64,000 nucleotides of DNA from the NCBI RefSeq assembly GCF_000150275.1, contig NW_002060944.1, positions 6,547,102 to 6,611,101 of the forward strand, written 5' to 3'. This stretch comes from Trichoplax adhaerens. Lineage: Eukaryota > Animalia > Placozoa. Below, piece after piece: positions 46,701 to 58,521 of this stretch. A model generated the notes under the pieces. It saw nothing but the letters and a program-made list of their open reading frames with translations. It ran no database searches and was not told the DNA's origin. Each line of letters opens with the position of its first letter. The stretch's first letter is position 1. A program made the translations under genes and the position numbers.

Positions 46701-47592
46701 TCATTACATCGAATAGTTTATGTTCTTTTAATTGTTAAATACGGATGGATGTAGTTTTGAAAGCTAACACCGTAATATCTATAGAAAATTTAAAGTTACC
46801 ATAGAGCCTAATAATTAATATTTGAAATAATCAACCATTTAATGATTATCTATTGATTAATGAGTTATTATAACTATTTTAATAAAAGATAAATAATTTC
46901 GCTATTACAAACAGTAAAAATTTGTCTAATTTTCTAAATATTGAAATAATTATTTTCTAATTTTAAGGTTATGCGGCATTGCCACTTTGCATCGTAATAT
47001 TGACGTATTATTTGCGATAATAATTTAACAAAGTTGGAAACGAAATGATTTTAATCTATACTGTACAGGTATAACACTATTCTATATCCGTTAATTTTTG
47101 CGTAAGCTTATGTCAAAATTAATTAATCATATAATATAGAACTAATTTTCTCTATACGAATAAAAAAATATCGTGAAGTTTACATTGTGGTGTTCAAAAT
47201 GATCGACTAAAATTTAAATGTCTACTTGAACAATATACCTCATCGACAAGCGCTGACAATTGTTCCAAAGGCGAATTTGATAGATCACCATAGTTTAAAG
47301 CAGCCTTGAAATTTTCTTTTGGTATAGGCTCGCGAGCTTTTTTGATGAAATAAACCGCTTTTTGCTTCAAGGTACTAGGAAACTCCAAAGAGACACACAG
47401 TGCTCCAGCTGAATTGCTATAAAAAACTAAAATCATCTGATCGGATTTGTCCAAAACTTGCTGTATTATATTCTTATTTTCATCGATAGTATACATTTTC
47501 TGCCATTTTTCGTATTTAACTTTGAGAGTACGTAGGACGTACTCGGATATCCATTCCAAGCGAACATCGACGTTATCGTTGTCGTTCGACAT
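31703..47592 (-). CDS. DNAH9: Axonemal outer-arm dynein beta-type heavy chain (DNAH9/DNAH11/DNAH17 co-ortholog), ~4464 aa, 15 exons: 47239-47592, 46476-46663, 46119-46308, 45930-46029, 45646-45857, 45303-45539, 45004-45171, 44771-44887, 44343-44611, 44141-44212, 43826-43952, 43448-43703, 43017-43186, 42824-42898, 31703-42562
   Basis: P-loops [24 protein letters not shown] and GVGGSGKQ; WGCFDEFNR; HYDWGLR; stalk; C-terminus [36 protein letters not shown] typical of beta-type outer-arm chains. The 14 upstream exons sum to 2535 nt (845 codons) with consistent phase. The symbol denotes the class; a single vertebrate paralogue cannot be assigned. Confidence 0.96.
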
Positions 47593-47929
47593 GACTATAT
47601 ATGTTCGTCGATTTCTGACTTTATTCTACTTGTCAAAAGCTGTAACCTAATACGACTTGTAGTAGTTTTCGTATGTGTAATAACAAAAATTGAATCCAAA
47701 TTTTTTGCTACTATTAACAATTGTAACGTTGATATATAAAATAATTCTTTAGTTCTTGTCCTCTTAGTTGCTACAGCATATCACGCTCGTTAATGTTGCA
47801 TAGTTTAATAGGCGTATACTGGTTTGGTATCTCTATATCTACTCGTATATATGCCTGTAATATTCGATCCTGTAATCAATAGTAGATGAAATAACGGCAT
47901 TTATCGATTTCTGCTAGGAAACTTCGAGT

Positions 47930-47943
47930 GTAACTATGGCGAC
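47930..47943. promoter_or_regulatory. RFX X-box-like GTAACTATGGCGAC upstream of dynein
   Basis: Reverse complement GTCGCCATAGTTAC is close to the X-box consensus; ~340 bp upstream of the ATG. Confidence 0.6.
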
Positions 47944-48025
47944 GAAGCTAAAAACAGTGCTATAGAGATTGCGCGTTGCCTTCGTTTGAACCACGTGATC
48001 ACATTGAGACTGCCATTGTCGGTTA

Positions 48026-48038
48026 GTTGCTTAGCAAC
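48026..48038. promoter_or_regulatory. RFX X-box GTTGCTTAGCAAC upstream of dynein
   Basis: Near-perfect palindrome with two GTTGC/GCAAC half-sites, ~435 bp upstream of the ATG of a motile-cilium gene. Confidence 0.75.
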
Positions 48039-48089
48039 AGTTGATAATAGTTTTCATCGTTGATGGATTATTATATCTAAGTAAAGAGT

Positions 48090-48790
48090 TAATAAATATT
48101 CAATGCTAGGACTGGTAGAAATTGTAAGCTTTCCAAGGATGTTGGGAAGAGTCTGTCAATAACAACGTTTGGGTAGTACCGTTATAGTAGGGTCCTAGTG
48201 CAGAAATTATGTTTGAGCTCTATATTTTCTCTTCGTTATATTATGCAGGATACATTTGTATGTAATTAATAGATAATATTCAATGCTAGGACTAGTAGAA
48301 ATTGTAAGCTTTCTAAGAATGTTACGAAGAGTCAATCGATAGCAAGGATCAGGTAGTACTCGTCAGTAGAGTCCTAGCACAGGAATTATACTGGAGCTGT
48401 ACATTTTCTCTTCGTTAGATTATGCAGTGTGAATTGGTATACAATAAATAGATGATATTAAACACTAAGATTAGTAGAAATTACTAGCTATCGAAGGATG
48501 TTGGGAAGAATCAACTGATAGCATGGTTTGGGTAGAACTTTTACAGTAGAGTCCATGTGCAGAAATTATGCTGGGCTCTACATCCACTAGTAGTTCGTTA
48601 GATTGTGCGGCCTGCATTGGCATACAATAAATAAATAACATTAAATGCTTGTACTAGTAGATATTACAAGCTTTCGAAGAATGTTGAGAGGAGTGGAGTT
48701 AGATAGTAATTGCACAGTAAAGTCCTAATGTAGAAGTTGTTCTGAAGATCTACATTTTCTTTTCGGTATATTCTATAGCCTGAATTGGCT
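48090..48790. repeat. Tandem array, 4 copies of a ~180 bp unit
   Basis: AATATTCAATGCTAGGACT.GTAGAAATTGTAAGCTT at ~48095 and ~48275, with diverged copies at ~48454 and ~48637; each has GTCCTAG...GAAATTAT...ATTTTCTCTTCGTTA-like blocks. Confidence 0.9.
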
Positions 48791-49788
48791 TGCGCGATAT
48801 TTTGCACATCTTTTAATCGACTGCAGATGTAGTCGATAGCAACATACTTAACTCATTGATATCCTCAAGATTACTATAGTATAACGGGAGCAAACATAAT
48901 TAGAGTACGATTTACATGCATGTTGCATACTAAGCTCACTATTTACTATGACAATCGAAATAAGAGTCCTAGTACAGCATAAATGGCTAAAATCGTACAT
49001 CTGCAGTTACATCCATCTCACTTCTTACTACACCAGCTTAGCCCTACCTAAAAGGTATTAATTATGTAGCGAATTTTTCATGATAAGTACTGTAGATCAC
49101 ACTAGTTTCGATATAGCTATTCTCCAAATGCGAATATGTGTAGATTACTGCATTGTATAATATGCTTATATTTTGTGATATAACATTAAATAAATTAATT
49201 CTTCGAGATATCCTTTTCACACTCATTTTAGAAACTAGCTTAATTGCAAATGTAGCATATTTCTTACAGTATGAACTATGGAGAATACAATATGCTTAAT
49301 CTTTATCTTTATATAGTAGATAGCAGTCTAATGCCAATCAAGAAAATTAAAATTGATGAGTTGCAGACATTATATCCAATTTATAAAGTTACGATAACTG
49401 GAAATTTCTCATGTTAACATGATTGCCTGTATTTTAGTCCAGCTGGCAGCTTATTTTGTTTGAATATGTTTCACAAGGAGAATTTATAGAATCTTCTACT
49501 AATATCTGTTATTTCTAAATTTGAATTTTCGTGACTGTAGTGCTATAATCTATCAAATTTTCTTGCCTTCCTCTGCTGATATGATAGTTATATTTATTTA
49601 CTTAATAATACCATCATGCTTATTGCTATTGCAACATGCGCACTTGTAATATCTTCACCATGATTACTGAAGGCTTTATCATTATAACTCTAGCTCTGGA
49701 AACGATCACTAATAAACTTAGATTTTATTCTACATTGCGCCAAGATTGATTAATAGAGGAGCCATCTGTTTCGCTTCAGATATTAAAA

Positions 49789-50798
49789 ATGGATGGTCGA
49801 TTTATCAAATCTCTACACGAAAAGGATAGACAAAGTTATCAATCCGCCAAATTTAATGATGCGATGTCTTATTGTACCCAAGTATTGGATAAAATTAAAA
49901 CGATAGTAGAAAAGACTATTGATCTCGAAAATTATTAGTTTTGATCATAATCATCTTTGTGTATTCTAGTCAAAGTAAACGTGAGAAGGCAATTTTTATG
50001 TATAAAAAATCACTTAAGATTCAATTGATAATTCTTGGCTACAATATGTTGCTACATCATATTATATATAATATTGGTTTGATTTATTGTGATCAGAGTA
50101 ATTATATAGAGGCTCTTTGTATGTTTGAGAAGTCACTCCAAATTCGATTATCCATTTTTGATCACAATTATCCTAATATAGCCGCATTATATCATAAAAT
50201 TGGCTTAATCTATTATCATCAGGGTAATCATAAAGAGGCTCTTTCCATGGTTAACAAGTCACTCCAAATTCAATTACCGATTTTTGATCATAATCATGTA
50301 GATGTTGCTAAATCATATCATAGCATTGATTTAATCTATTATCATCAGGGTAATCATAAAGAGGCTCTTTCTATGTTTGAGAAGTCACTCCAAATTAGAT
50401 TATCAATTCTTGATCATAATCATCCTGATGTTGCTAAATCATATCATAGCATTGGTTTGATCTATTATCATCAGGGTAATCATAAGGGAGCTCTTTCTAT
50501 GTTTAACAAGTCACTCAAAATTTGGTTACTTCTTTTTGGTTGTAATCATCGTCATGTTACTATATTATATCGTAACATGGGAGATGTGTATAAGAGTCAA
50601 AATAAGCTCAAGGAAGCTATTTGTATGTATAATAAGTCACAGAAAATGAAATCATTGGTCCTTGACGACAATTATTTCTATAACATAAAGTCGTATAATA
50701 AGATAGGAAAGGCATGAAATGATGAAGGTAAACATCAAATAGTTCATTCGACTTGTGAGAAGGCATATTTAAACTGCAGAAAAGGATTCTACAAATAA
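49789..50798 (+). pseudogene. Intronless 42-aa TPR-repeat gene (kinesin light chain/NPHP3-like), probably disrupted
   Basis: 126-bp repeats encoding IGLIYYHQGNHKEALSMFEKSLQIRLSILDHNHPDVAKSYHS. The ATG at 49789 (MDGRFIKSLHEK..) stops at ~49938. Out-of-frame repeat remnants FDHNH (~49940) and VATSY (~50048). TGA at 50715-50717 interrupts IGKA*NDEGKH, where the repeat has Y. Confidence 0.75.
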
Positions 50799-51379
50799 TT
50801 ATAGGCTATCAATATCTGATAATCACGAATTACTTCGTAAATAATTAATAACGAGCTAATATCCCGTACGAGTAGATATTCTTTACGATAGCCGTTACTA
50901 TTTAAAGTTATACAGTCATTCTAGCATATTTTAAAATTTTAGGTATTCTAGGGATAATGTCCTTAAGTAAAGACACTATTCACAGTCTTTCTTACTAGAT
51001 ACAAATATAGGTTATCGTATTTAGATGATGATAGTATCTACGACTTTTACGATTGGTTATCATCATATGCTATGACATAGATCTCTATAACTGCTCAATT
51101 TACTCATTCTGAATCATCAAACTCTCGATGGTATTCTATATAAAGGTGCACTGACAAGCAGTAGAGAAATATTGCAGTTATGCTGTAGAGTTATCAACAG
51201 TAAAGTAAAGTAACCTTTAAAGCTTGCATAACAAACTAAGTTATTTTGTAATTGCCATCTCGATTATGACGAGATAGATATGCCTGAACGTGAATAAAGA
51301 GTTGCTCAATTTTAAATCCTGCCTGGAACGCATCTGAGAATTAAGTCATCTGCTCCTTAACTAATTATATACTCGTATA

Positions 51380-51650
51380 GCGCATTTTTACACTTCATTA
51401 TAATAATGGAACGTAGACTAAAGTCCATTTGCGTGAAGGATATTTTCGACTGCAGAATGATTTTTACTTTGTCAGCTAAAATATAAAGAGCATATTTTAC
51501 TTATTTGTCCATGCACTTAATATACACTTTTTACACTCTCCATCACAATAATGTAACGTAGATTACAGTTCATATGTGTGAAGACATTTCAATATCGATT
51601 GCAGAATGATCTTTTCGTGGTCAACCAAAATATCTAGAGTACATTTTATT
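51380..51650. repeat. Tandem duplication, ~145 bp x2
   Basis: TTTTTACACT...AATAATG.AACGTAGA.TA.AGT.CAT.TG.GTGAAG...TCGA.TGCAGAATGAT...AAAATAT..AGAG at ~51385 and ~51528. Confidence 0.75.
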
Positions 51651-52136
51651 GGTAAATGCATTTCAAACAAATTATCTTCTTGATAATAAAATGTTTATTG
51701 AACTGCTACTTTAATATGGATGCTTCAAATGATTTTTAGAGATGTAATCTTACTCATTATTAATATCATAGAGTTCTAGATCTCCTAGAAATCCATATTA
51801 ATAATGACGATTGGCTATTGGTTATATAATATACGAGTATGCCCGTAATACTTCATAATTTTATTATCACTAGTTTTAATGATAAACTACAGGAATATTA
51901 ATTCCAATACGATAAAATTTCAGGATAGCATATCCTATGCTTGATGCAGAAATGCATTCAATTCTGTATTATAGGAGCTGAAATGACTGCCATTCCTATG
52001 ACTATGTACAGTTTTTATTGGATATTAATTATATATAACTTCTGCAAATCAATAGGCAACGATAAATCTATTGCTGCCATTGGTTATGTGATAATTAATC
52101 ATTTGAATGGTAAATTATGATGCTCGTACGAGTAGG

Positions 52137-54135
52137 TTATGATTTTCGCGATTTTCCACTACAATTTTTTAAATTCTGAGCAGCAATTTCTTTACTGCAC
52201 CTTGGCTCTAATCGTGTATCTTTATAGCATGTATCAGCTGCAGCTAGACTAGGATCTGTCTTTGGATGGCGTGTCAGTAACTGCCAGCAAACAACATGAT
52301 GACGAACATTCCAATCTTTATGTTGGCAACTTACGCTGCAATATCGAGCAATCTTGCAACCACCGCATGTTTCACTAGCTTTTTTTCCACAATGCCAGCA
52401 TCCAGATTGATTTTTAACTTGAGAAAATGCTGAACTTCGATCTTGATCATCCTGAAATTGTATAAAGAATAAAAGCTCTGATGAGAAATTTAGCATGACA
52501 ATAAATTCTGGTTTTAAAACGTTGGTATAGTCTTTGCTGTAAGTTGCTATGTCGAAATTTTATTTGTATACTAATTTAAGAGTTTAATGTATAACAAGAT
52601 TTGAAAATTAATATATTGCAATTCATTTAGCTAACACAATACCCAATATGTCGGCACTAACCTTATTATTACCATTTTTCTCGCTATTCCGAGAATTTAA
52701 ATGTGATCGCTCTAACTCTTCTTTTTGCTGCACTTCTTCCTCATATTTGTCAGAATCTTGCTTGTTTTTCGCTTTACCTTCTATCTGATCATTTTTATTC
52801 GATTGTTGATTTAATTTTGTTAGAAGTCCTTCGGCTTTCCTCACAACACCTTTCATCGATTGTAAGAAATCTCCTAATTCGCTGACTTCAGCTCCTATAA
52901 TTATTGTAATGTTGCAAAGATTTTAACAATCTAACTTGAGTTACGCTTGTAATGTATTATCGTAGCGTTGAACTTATACCTTTAACATTTTTATTCGCAG
53001 CAGCAGCTAATATTTGTATTTCTTGTTTATCGCTATTAGTTCGGTTAATCGATTTTTGTGGCTCATAAAGGATGGCTGCTGATGCTGGATTAATTTTGCT
53101 ATTCTCATGAAAATAGGGCGCCATAGGAGTAATTTTCTCCAAAACTTGATCAAGCATTAAATTATTTTCTGAATCATTTTTCCCTTTTTTCCGATAATTC
53201 TCACTATCCAATCTTTCCGCTAGAGATTCATTATATTCTGCAACAGATATAAAACCTTTGAAATTAAAGTTATAGCAAGACAGATGTGTAGCATAAGTAC
53301 GGATAGCTATCAAGGACGATAAAAGCATAACTTAATCCTGACCTTTTCGTTTAAGATCTACACGAGCTGGAGTAGGAATATTTTGACCATACATCATTAA
53401 CTTACAGTCAGCGTGTCCGCTTGGCCAATTTCTATTATAGAAATCTAAAGGGGACGATGGGTGACGGTGATGATAGTAAGGAGTAGTTGGAGGAGTTGGA
53501 TAAATCGAATTTAGCGAAGGTAGTGAAGGTCGGATGCTTAATTGAGCACATTCTGATAATTCTTGACGAAGTAATGGTATAGTAGATCGAAGGAATTGTG
53601 CAACAAATTGACGGATTGGAAAATTGGTGATATCCTGTAATTTATGCTGAAATTCGTCTACACTAAGAGCAGCATTAACTAAATCGAGAATAATACCACG
53701 TACTTTTTCGCCAACTTCAGGTGAAATATCCGATCCAAATTGCCGTAAAGTGGTTAGAAATCGTTTGAGCTTACTTAACTGTTTTGCGGAATATATGGCA
53801 ATATTTTTGACCACATTATCGTGGCTATTAGTAGGAGAATTATTACAATTACCAACGCTAAGACCATGATGATTATTGTTTAAGATGGTTTCTTGTTGAT
53901 GAGGCTGAGATCCGATTGCATTAGTCGATGATGGCAGTGAAGTTAGCGATGTCGGCGGTAACGTTGAAAGTTGATGGGCTGGTGTTATAGTATTACGTAA
54001 AGAATTTGTTAATTGTAATGGGCCTAGGTTGTTAGTTGGTTGTGTTGGTGCAAGTAATGGTGGATTACTAGGAGTGAATATCGGTACCGGTAGATAACTT
54101 AATGACGATTTAAATGCGGATGGTAATGCTGCCAT
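52137..54135 (-). CDS. CBFA2T: MTG/ETO/nervy-family co-repressor (RUNX1T1/CBFA2T2/CBFA2T3 co-ortholog); exons 53343-54135, 52980-53255, 52662-52894, 52137-52451 (~538 aa; further 5' exons possible)
   Basis: TAFH/NHR1: [81 protein letters not shown] finger: [42 protein letters not shown] junctions in phase; an acceptor (TTAACCAG) lies just 5' of the ATG. Confidence 0.92.
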
Positions 54136-57099
54136 TAGATCGTCGATAGCTGGTTAATAATTATGATAATAGAAAGGGTAAAAGGTAATTTATTAGACCG
54201 GTAGTTTACTGGATATCAATCAATGTTAGCAATGAATGGGACAAAATAAATTAAAATATTGTGATGGTTTATATCGATGAGAAGTTTTCGGTCTGGATTG
54301 ATGTAGTAAGGTAATTAAATTGATTCAAATGGAAGATGTTGAGGCAACAACAGAGGTGTTCAAGTTTTACGGGATATTTATACTTTATGATCGGGATTGC
54401 CTGGCAGGAAAGAAGGGAATCATCATTGTGGATTTAAAGTTCAATATTGACTTAAGATCAACGTAATTCATTTTAATATTATTCTCTCCAATACAGATAA
54501 GTGTTGAATTTATGGATGGTGTTGGAAATTTTTCCACATGGCTGTTGACAAGTTGCATTTCTTGCTATTATGTTATCTAAAGTGGTTAAATAACTAATGT
54601 AATAAATAATTAGGCATGATCTATTTGGAAGGATGTTGACGATCGTTCTTAGGAATTGTAAATGAGTTCTATCGTTTTGAGTCGTAAATTGCGTTATATT
54701 GCCTATATTAAATTGAAAAAAATGACGGTGTAACATCTGCTTAATTTCTGGCAGGTGTATAGAAATAAAATAAGCTAAAATATAAGCTACATATAATACG
54801 ATGATGTTAACGCAATTATTTTAAGACGATAATCGATTCACTTAAAATGTTAAGGTAAGATATTGGTTATCATTGCTGATTTTTAACTAAGAACATATAA
54901 AATAATTGGCAGATATTATTAAAATCAAGGATATTCGATGTACTTGATTTCATGTTGTTATTGTTAAATCTATTAATTAATATACCGCTATAATTTTTAA
55001 AGTTAATCGTTATTTTATATTTATTTTCTCTTCAGGAGCTTTCCTTATTTTGATTGAATCGTGGACAATTATCGTCATTACTCTGTATAGCATCGTAGTC
55101 ATGAATAATATAAGGAATTGAGAGATAGATAGATATATTCTAAAGTCTTGATCATTTATAATTGATTCGTCTTTATGGATAGTATAACGTGTCGCTCTAA
55201 TTCATAATAATATACAATAAATAAAAGCTCTATATTCTAAAGTTGATTATCGATATTTGCATTAACTGTAATTCGACATCATACTATCCATTTTAATCGT
55301 CAAGTATAAAATTTTCTATTTTGTTTTTGTCTGATTGCATAATATATTCTATCTGAAACTATAAGGCAATTTTTTAATTACTATAATGGAATAGAGGCGT
55401 AGGTAGAATTAAATAAATATTCCAAAATATCGATGGCCGTTTTCCCACATAACGGATTGTTTTCATAAGCATTCTTTTGGATAATTTTAATTACAATTCA
55501 TAATAAAAATTCCTGAACTTTGTTATTCATTTTAAGAAACAGAATTTTATTGTAGTGTTGCCATTGGATTCAGACTCTTTCTTTATTGCTTAATTAAGTC
55601 TTGCGGTATAGTGTATCAAATGCCTTATTCTGTATCATTTTTGGAGATAATGGGCATGAGAATAAAGCATTTTAGATATGTTTTATATTTTAAGCTGTTA
55701 ATTTTCTTCTGAGTTAGATAACATCGCATTATGAGTTATTGCATTACCAATGTTGGTAGCTAAATTCTTACCTTTTAATATATAAAATATTTTACAAGTT
55801 TTAAAAATTGTTCCTATTATCATTATTTGCGGTTGCTATTTTTTTGAATGGAAAGGATTGATAAATAGAAGCAAATTGAACGTAGTTGATTTATCAATTT
55901 GAAGAGGCTTTCAGTCACATCTAATTTATGTCGATACTTACTGTATTCTAGATGTTCATAGTTCATGATAAGTTAATTACGGCGGAGCTTCTTTTGTTAA
56001 ATTAGCATCAGAAAATTTAGCATACACTGCCTGTAAAGTGCGAAAATGATAGTATGAAATTTGTTTAGGGTTAGAGAGGATACTCTCTTATATACAGTAT
56101 GCTCATTGATTAACTTTTTATATGAAAATATTAACGTTAAAGTTTGAGATTGATGTTTATAATTTCATTATCGTTCTAAAATTTTTGTCATTATCGTGTA
56201 TTATTTTAGTTCATTGATTAGGATATATGTATATAATTCGAATTTATTATTTAACGAGGCTGTCGCAAAGTTGGAAGAAAATATCGTGCATGTTCTATCA
56301 TCGATTGACTTTTTTAGGTCAAAAAGTCTAGAATTGATTTTATCGCTTTTAAGATATATTTTCAGTCATCACTATGTAGTCTTCTGGTCAAACAATTAAA
56401 ATATTTATAATTAATTTATATACAATAAGACATTTGATCATTATATTGCATAATTGAAGCTTTTAATCTAATATCTTTATAACAATGAATTGTTATTTTA
56501 AGACGTTTAAGCCTGAGGACAATATTTGAATAGTACTTCTTTTTTTAGATCGAGAGTGTGATATCATGATTTAATAAGGTTGACCGGTGCAATTTAGAGT
56601 AGAAAATGCGTGTCGCTATTTCAAACTATATGGTTATATCATGGTCATAGTATGGTAAGATATAAGAACGTAAATTCGGCTATCCTTTACGAGTTAGTAA
56701 TAGAAAAAGGTGTAAATTTATTGGCAGATAGATAATATGGATCGTAAATATAAATTTAGCTCGTTCAGATCGGTAATTATCCAGATCATTTTTATATGAT
56801 ATGCTACGTCTATTATTAACGTATTAAGGGATACTTTTGTAATTTAATAAGTTAAAAATGAAGAAAAAATTGTTCAATCATGAATGTAAAATGTTAGCAA
56901 AACAGTTGTTATTGGATGATCTCATTATAATTTTAATAAAGGTGTATTGATTCTCAGTATTGATGACTCTATCATTTAGTATATCTTACTAGTATAATAT
57001 TGATATCATAACTTAGTTTATCACCTGGCAATTTCCTTCTACTTTATTGATGTTTAATGACGAATTGTCTAGGTTAATGAAATGTCCGTCTATAAATTC

Positions 57100-58380
57100 A
57101 TTTCTAGCGGATGAATAGGGTTGCGGCTGTTATTGACCTTTTACCGGTTGTAAGCTATTGCTTTTCTTTTTACATCTCAGCCATAGTTATTCACATTTCT
57201 AGTAAGACATGGCGTATGGGTTAATAAATTCGTTTTTAACGCTTGAATAAGATCGAGACGGCTATTAATCTTTAATTGGTTATAATGTATGTATTTTTAC
57301 ATCTTAGCCAGCGGCATTCACATCTTTTATTAAGACATCGTATCTCAGTCAATAAGTTCATTTCTAACGCTTGAATCAGATCTAAGTTGACATTAATCTT
57401 TTAGAATGTAATAAGAAGATATCTATCTGCAAAGGCTAATCACTTTTACGCCAGTATTAACGCAATAACTTGAGCTTAGATAAACCTTTCTTACGAATTT
57501 AGTTATAGTAATAGTACTAGTCTCACAGTCTAGTATGATCGTTTGTTCGACGACAGGATACACTACTTTTACATGTTCTAAAGTATCATTTCTTTAAATT
57601 GGGGCGCAGATATTCACCTTTCCAGCAATGGATACTATAGCAGTCGATAAAATTCATTTGCAAAGCTTCAATAAGATCTAGACTGTTATTGGCATGTTAC
57701 CGGCTATGAATATATTATTATTTTTATATCTTAAGCGTTGCTATTCACCTTTCAAGTAAGACATGATCTAGCAGTTAATCAATTGTAGAGGATCATTGTG
57801 ATCTAGGCTATTCTTGATCTTTTACCGACTATAAATATGCAGTATTCCTTTTTTATATCTTGGATATAATTATTTACCTTTCAGGTAAGACATGACCTAA
57901 GCATAAATAAGATTTAGGCTAGTATTATTGACCTTTTCCGACTGTAAATATATTCTATTTTTTATAGCTTGGCCATAATTACTCATCTTTCAAGTAAGAC
58001 ATGATATAGCAGTCGATCCATTCTACCGTATCATTAAGATCTAGATTGCCATTGATCTTTTACCGGTTCTAGAGTGTTCCTTTTTTATACATTGGCTATA
58101 AATATTCACCTTTCAAGCAAGATGTGATATTGTAGTCTATGAATTCAATTGTAAAGCATCAACAAGATTTAGGCCATTCTTGGTCTTTCACCGGTTATGA
58201 ATGTATCCTATTTTTAAACCTTGGCTATAAGTATTTACCTTTCAAGTACGATATGGTATAGCCCTTCAATTAATTTATTTCTCACATAAGAATAAGTTCT
58301 TGACCTATTAACGATTGCAATGTATTTTCCTTAGGCTTCGATCTTGGCCACTAAGTATGCACCTTTCTAGTAGGCTATAG
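57100..58380. repeat. Degenerate tandem array, ~10 copies of a ~110-130 bp unit
   Basis: Anchor TATTCACCTTTCAAGTAAGACATG and variants at ~57188, 57315, 57611, 57742, 57871, 57980, 58103, 58233 and 58356, with ATTGA(T/C)CTTTTACCG and AGATCTAG between. Confidence 0.88.
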
Positions 58381-58466
58381 CATACCTGCCTATATCACCT
58401 GTCCCTTTCCTTCTACATGTTTGAAATCAATCAACTATCATAATGGGCAGTGCCAAACTGTCCATA

Positions 58467-58521
58467 AATGGAATCCAATAACTGCTGATCATGAATGGAA
58501 TAGCAGTTATTGGATTCCATT
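58467..58521. other. Perfect 20-bp inverted repeat with 15-nt loop
   Basis: AATGGAATCCAATAACTGCT-gatcatgaatggaat-AGCAGTTATTGGATTCCATT; arms are exact reverse complements. Confidence 0.9.

Noticed and set aside
50715-50717. In-frame TGA in the TPR gene as selenocysteine or readthrough
   Set aside because: Falls at a Tyr position of the repeat, the gene has other lesions, and no SECIS is evident.
57100-58380. Regularly spaced repeats resembling a CRISPR array
   Set aside because: Whole units are homologous and degenerate, with no unique spacers or cas genes, in a eukaryotic context.
58385-58420. Possible distal first exon of the MTG gene (minus-strand CAG|GTATG donor)
   Set aside because: The adjacent ATG is followed immediately by TAG; it could be a UTR exon but cannot be supported without transcripts.
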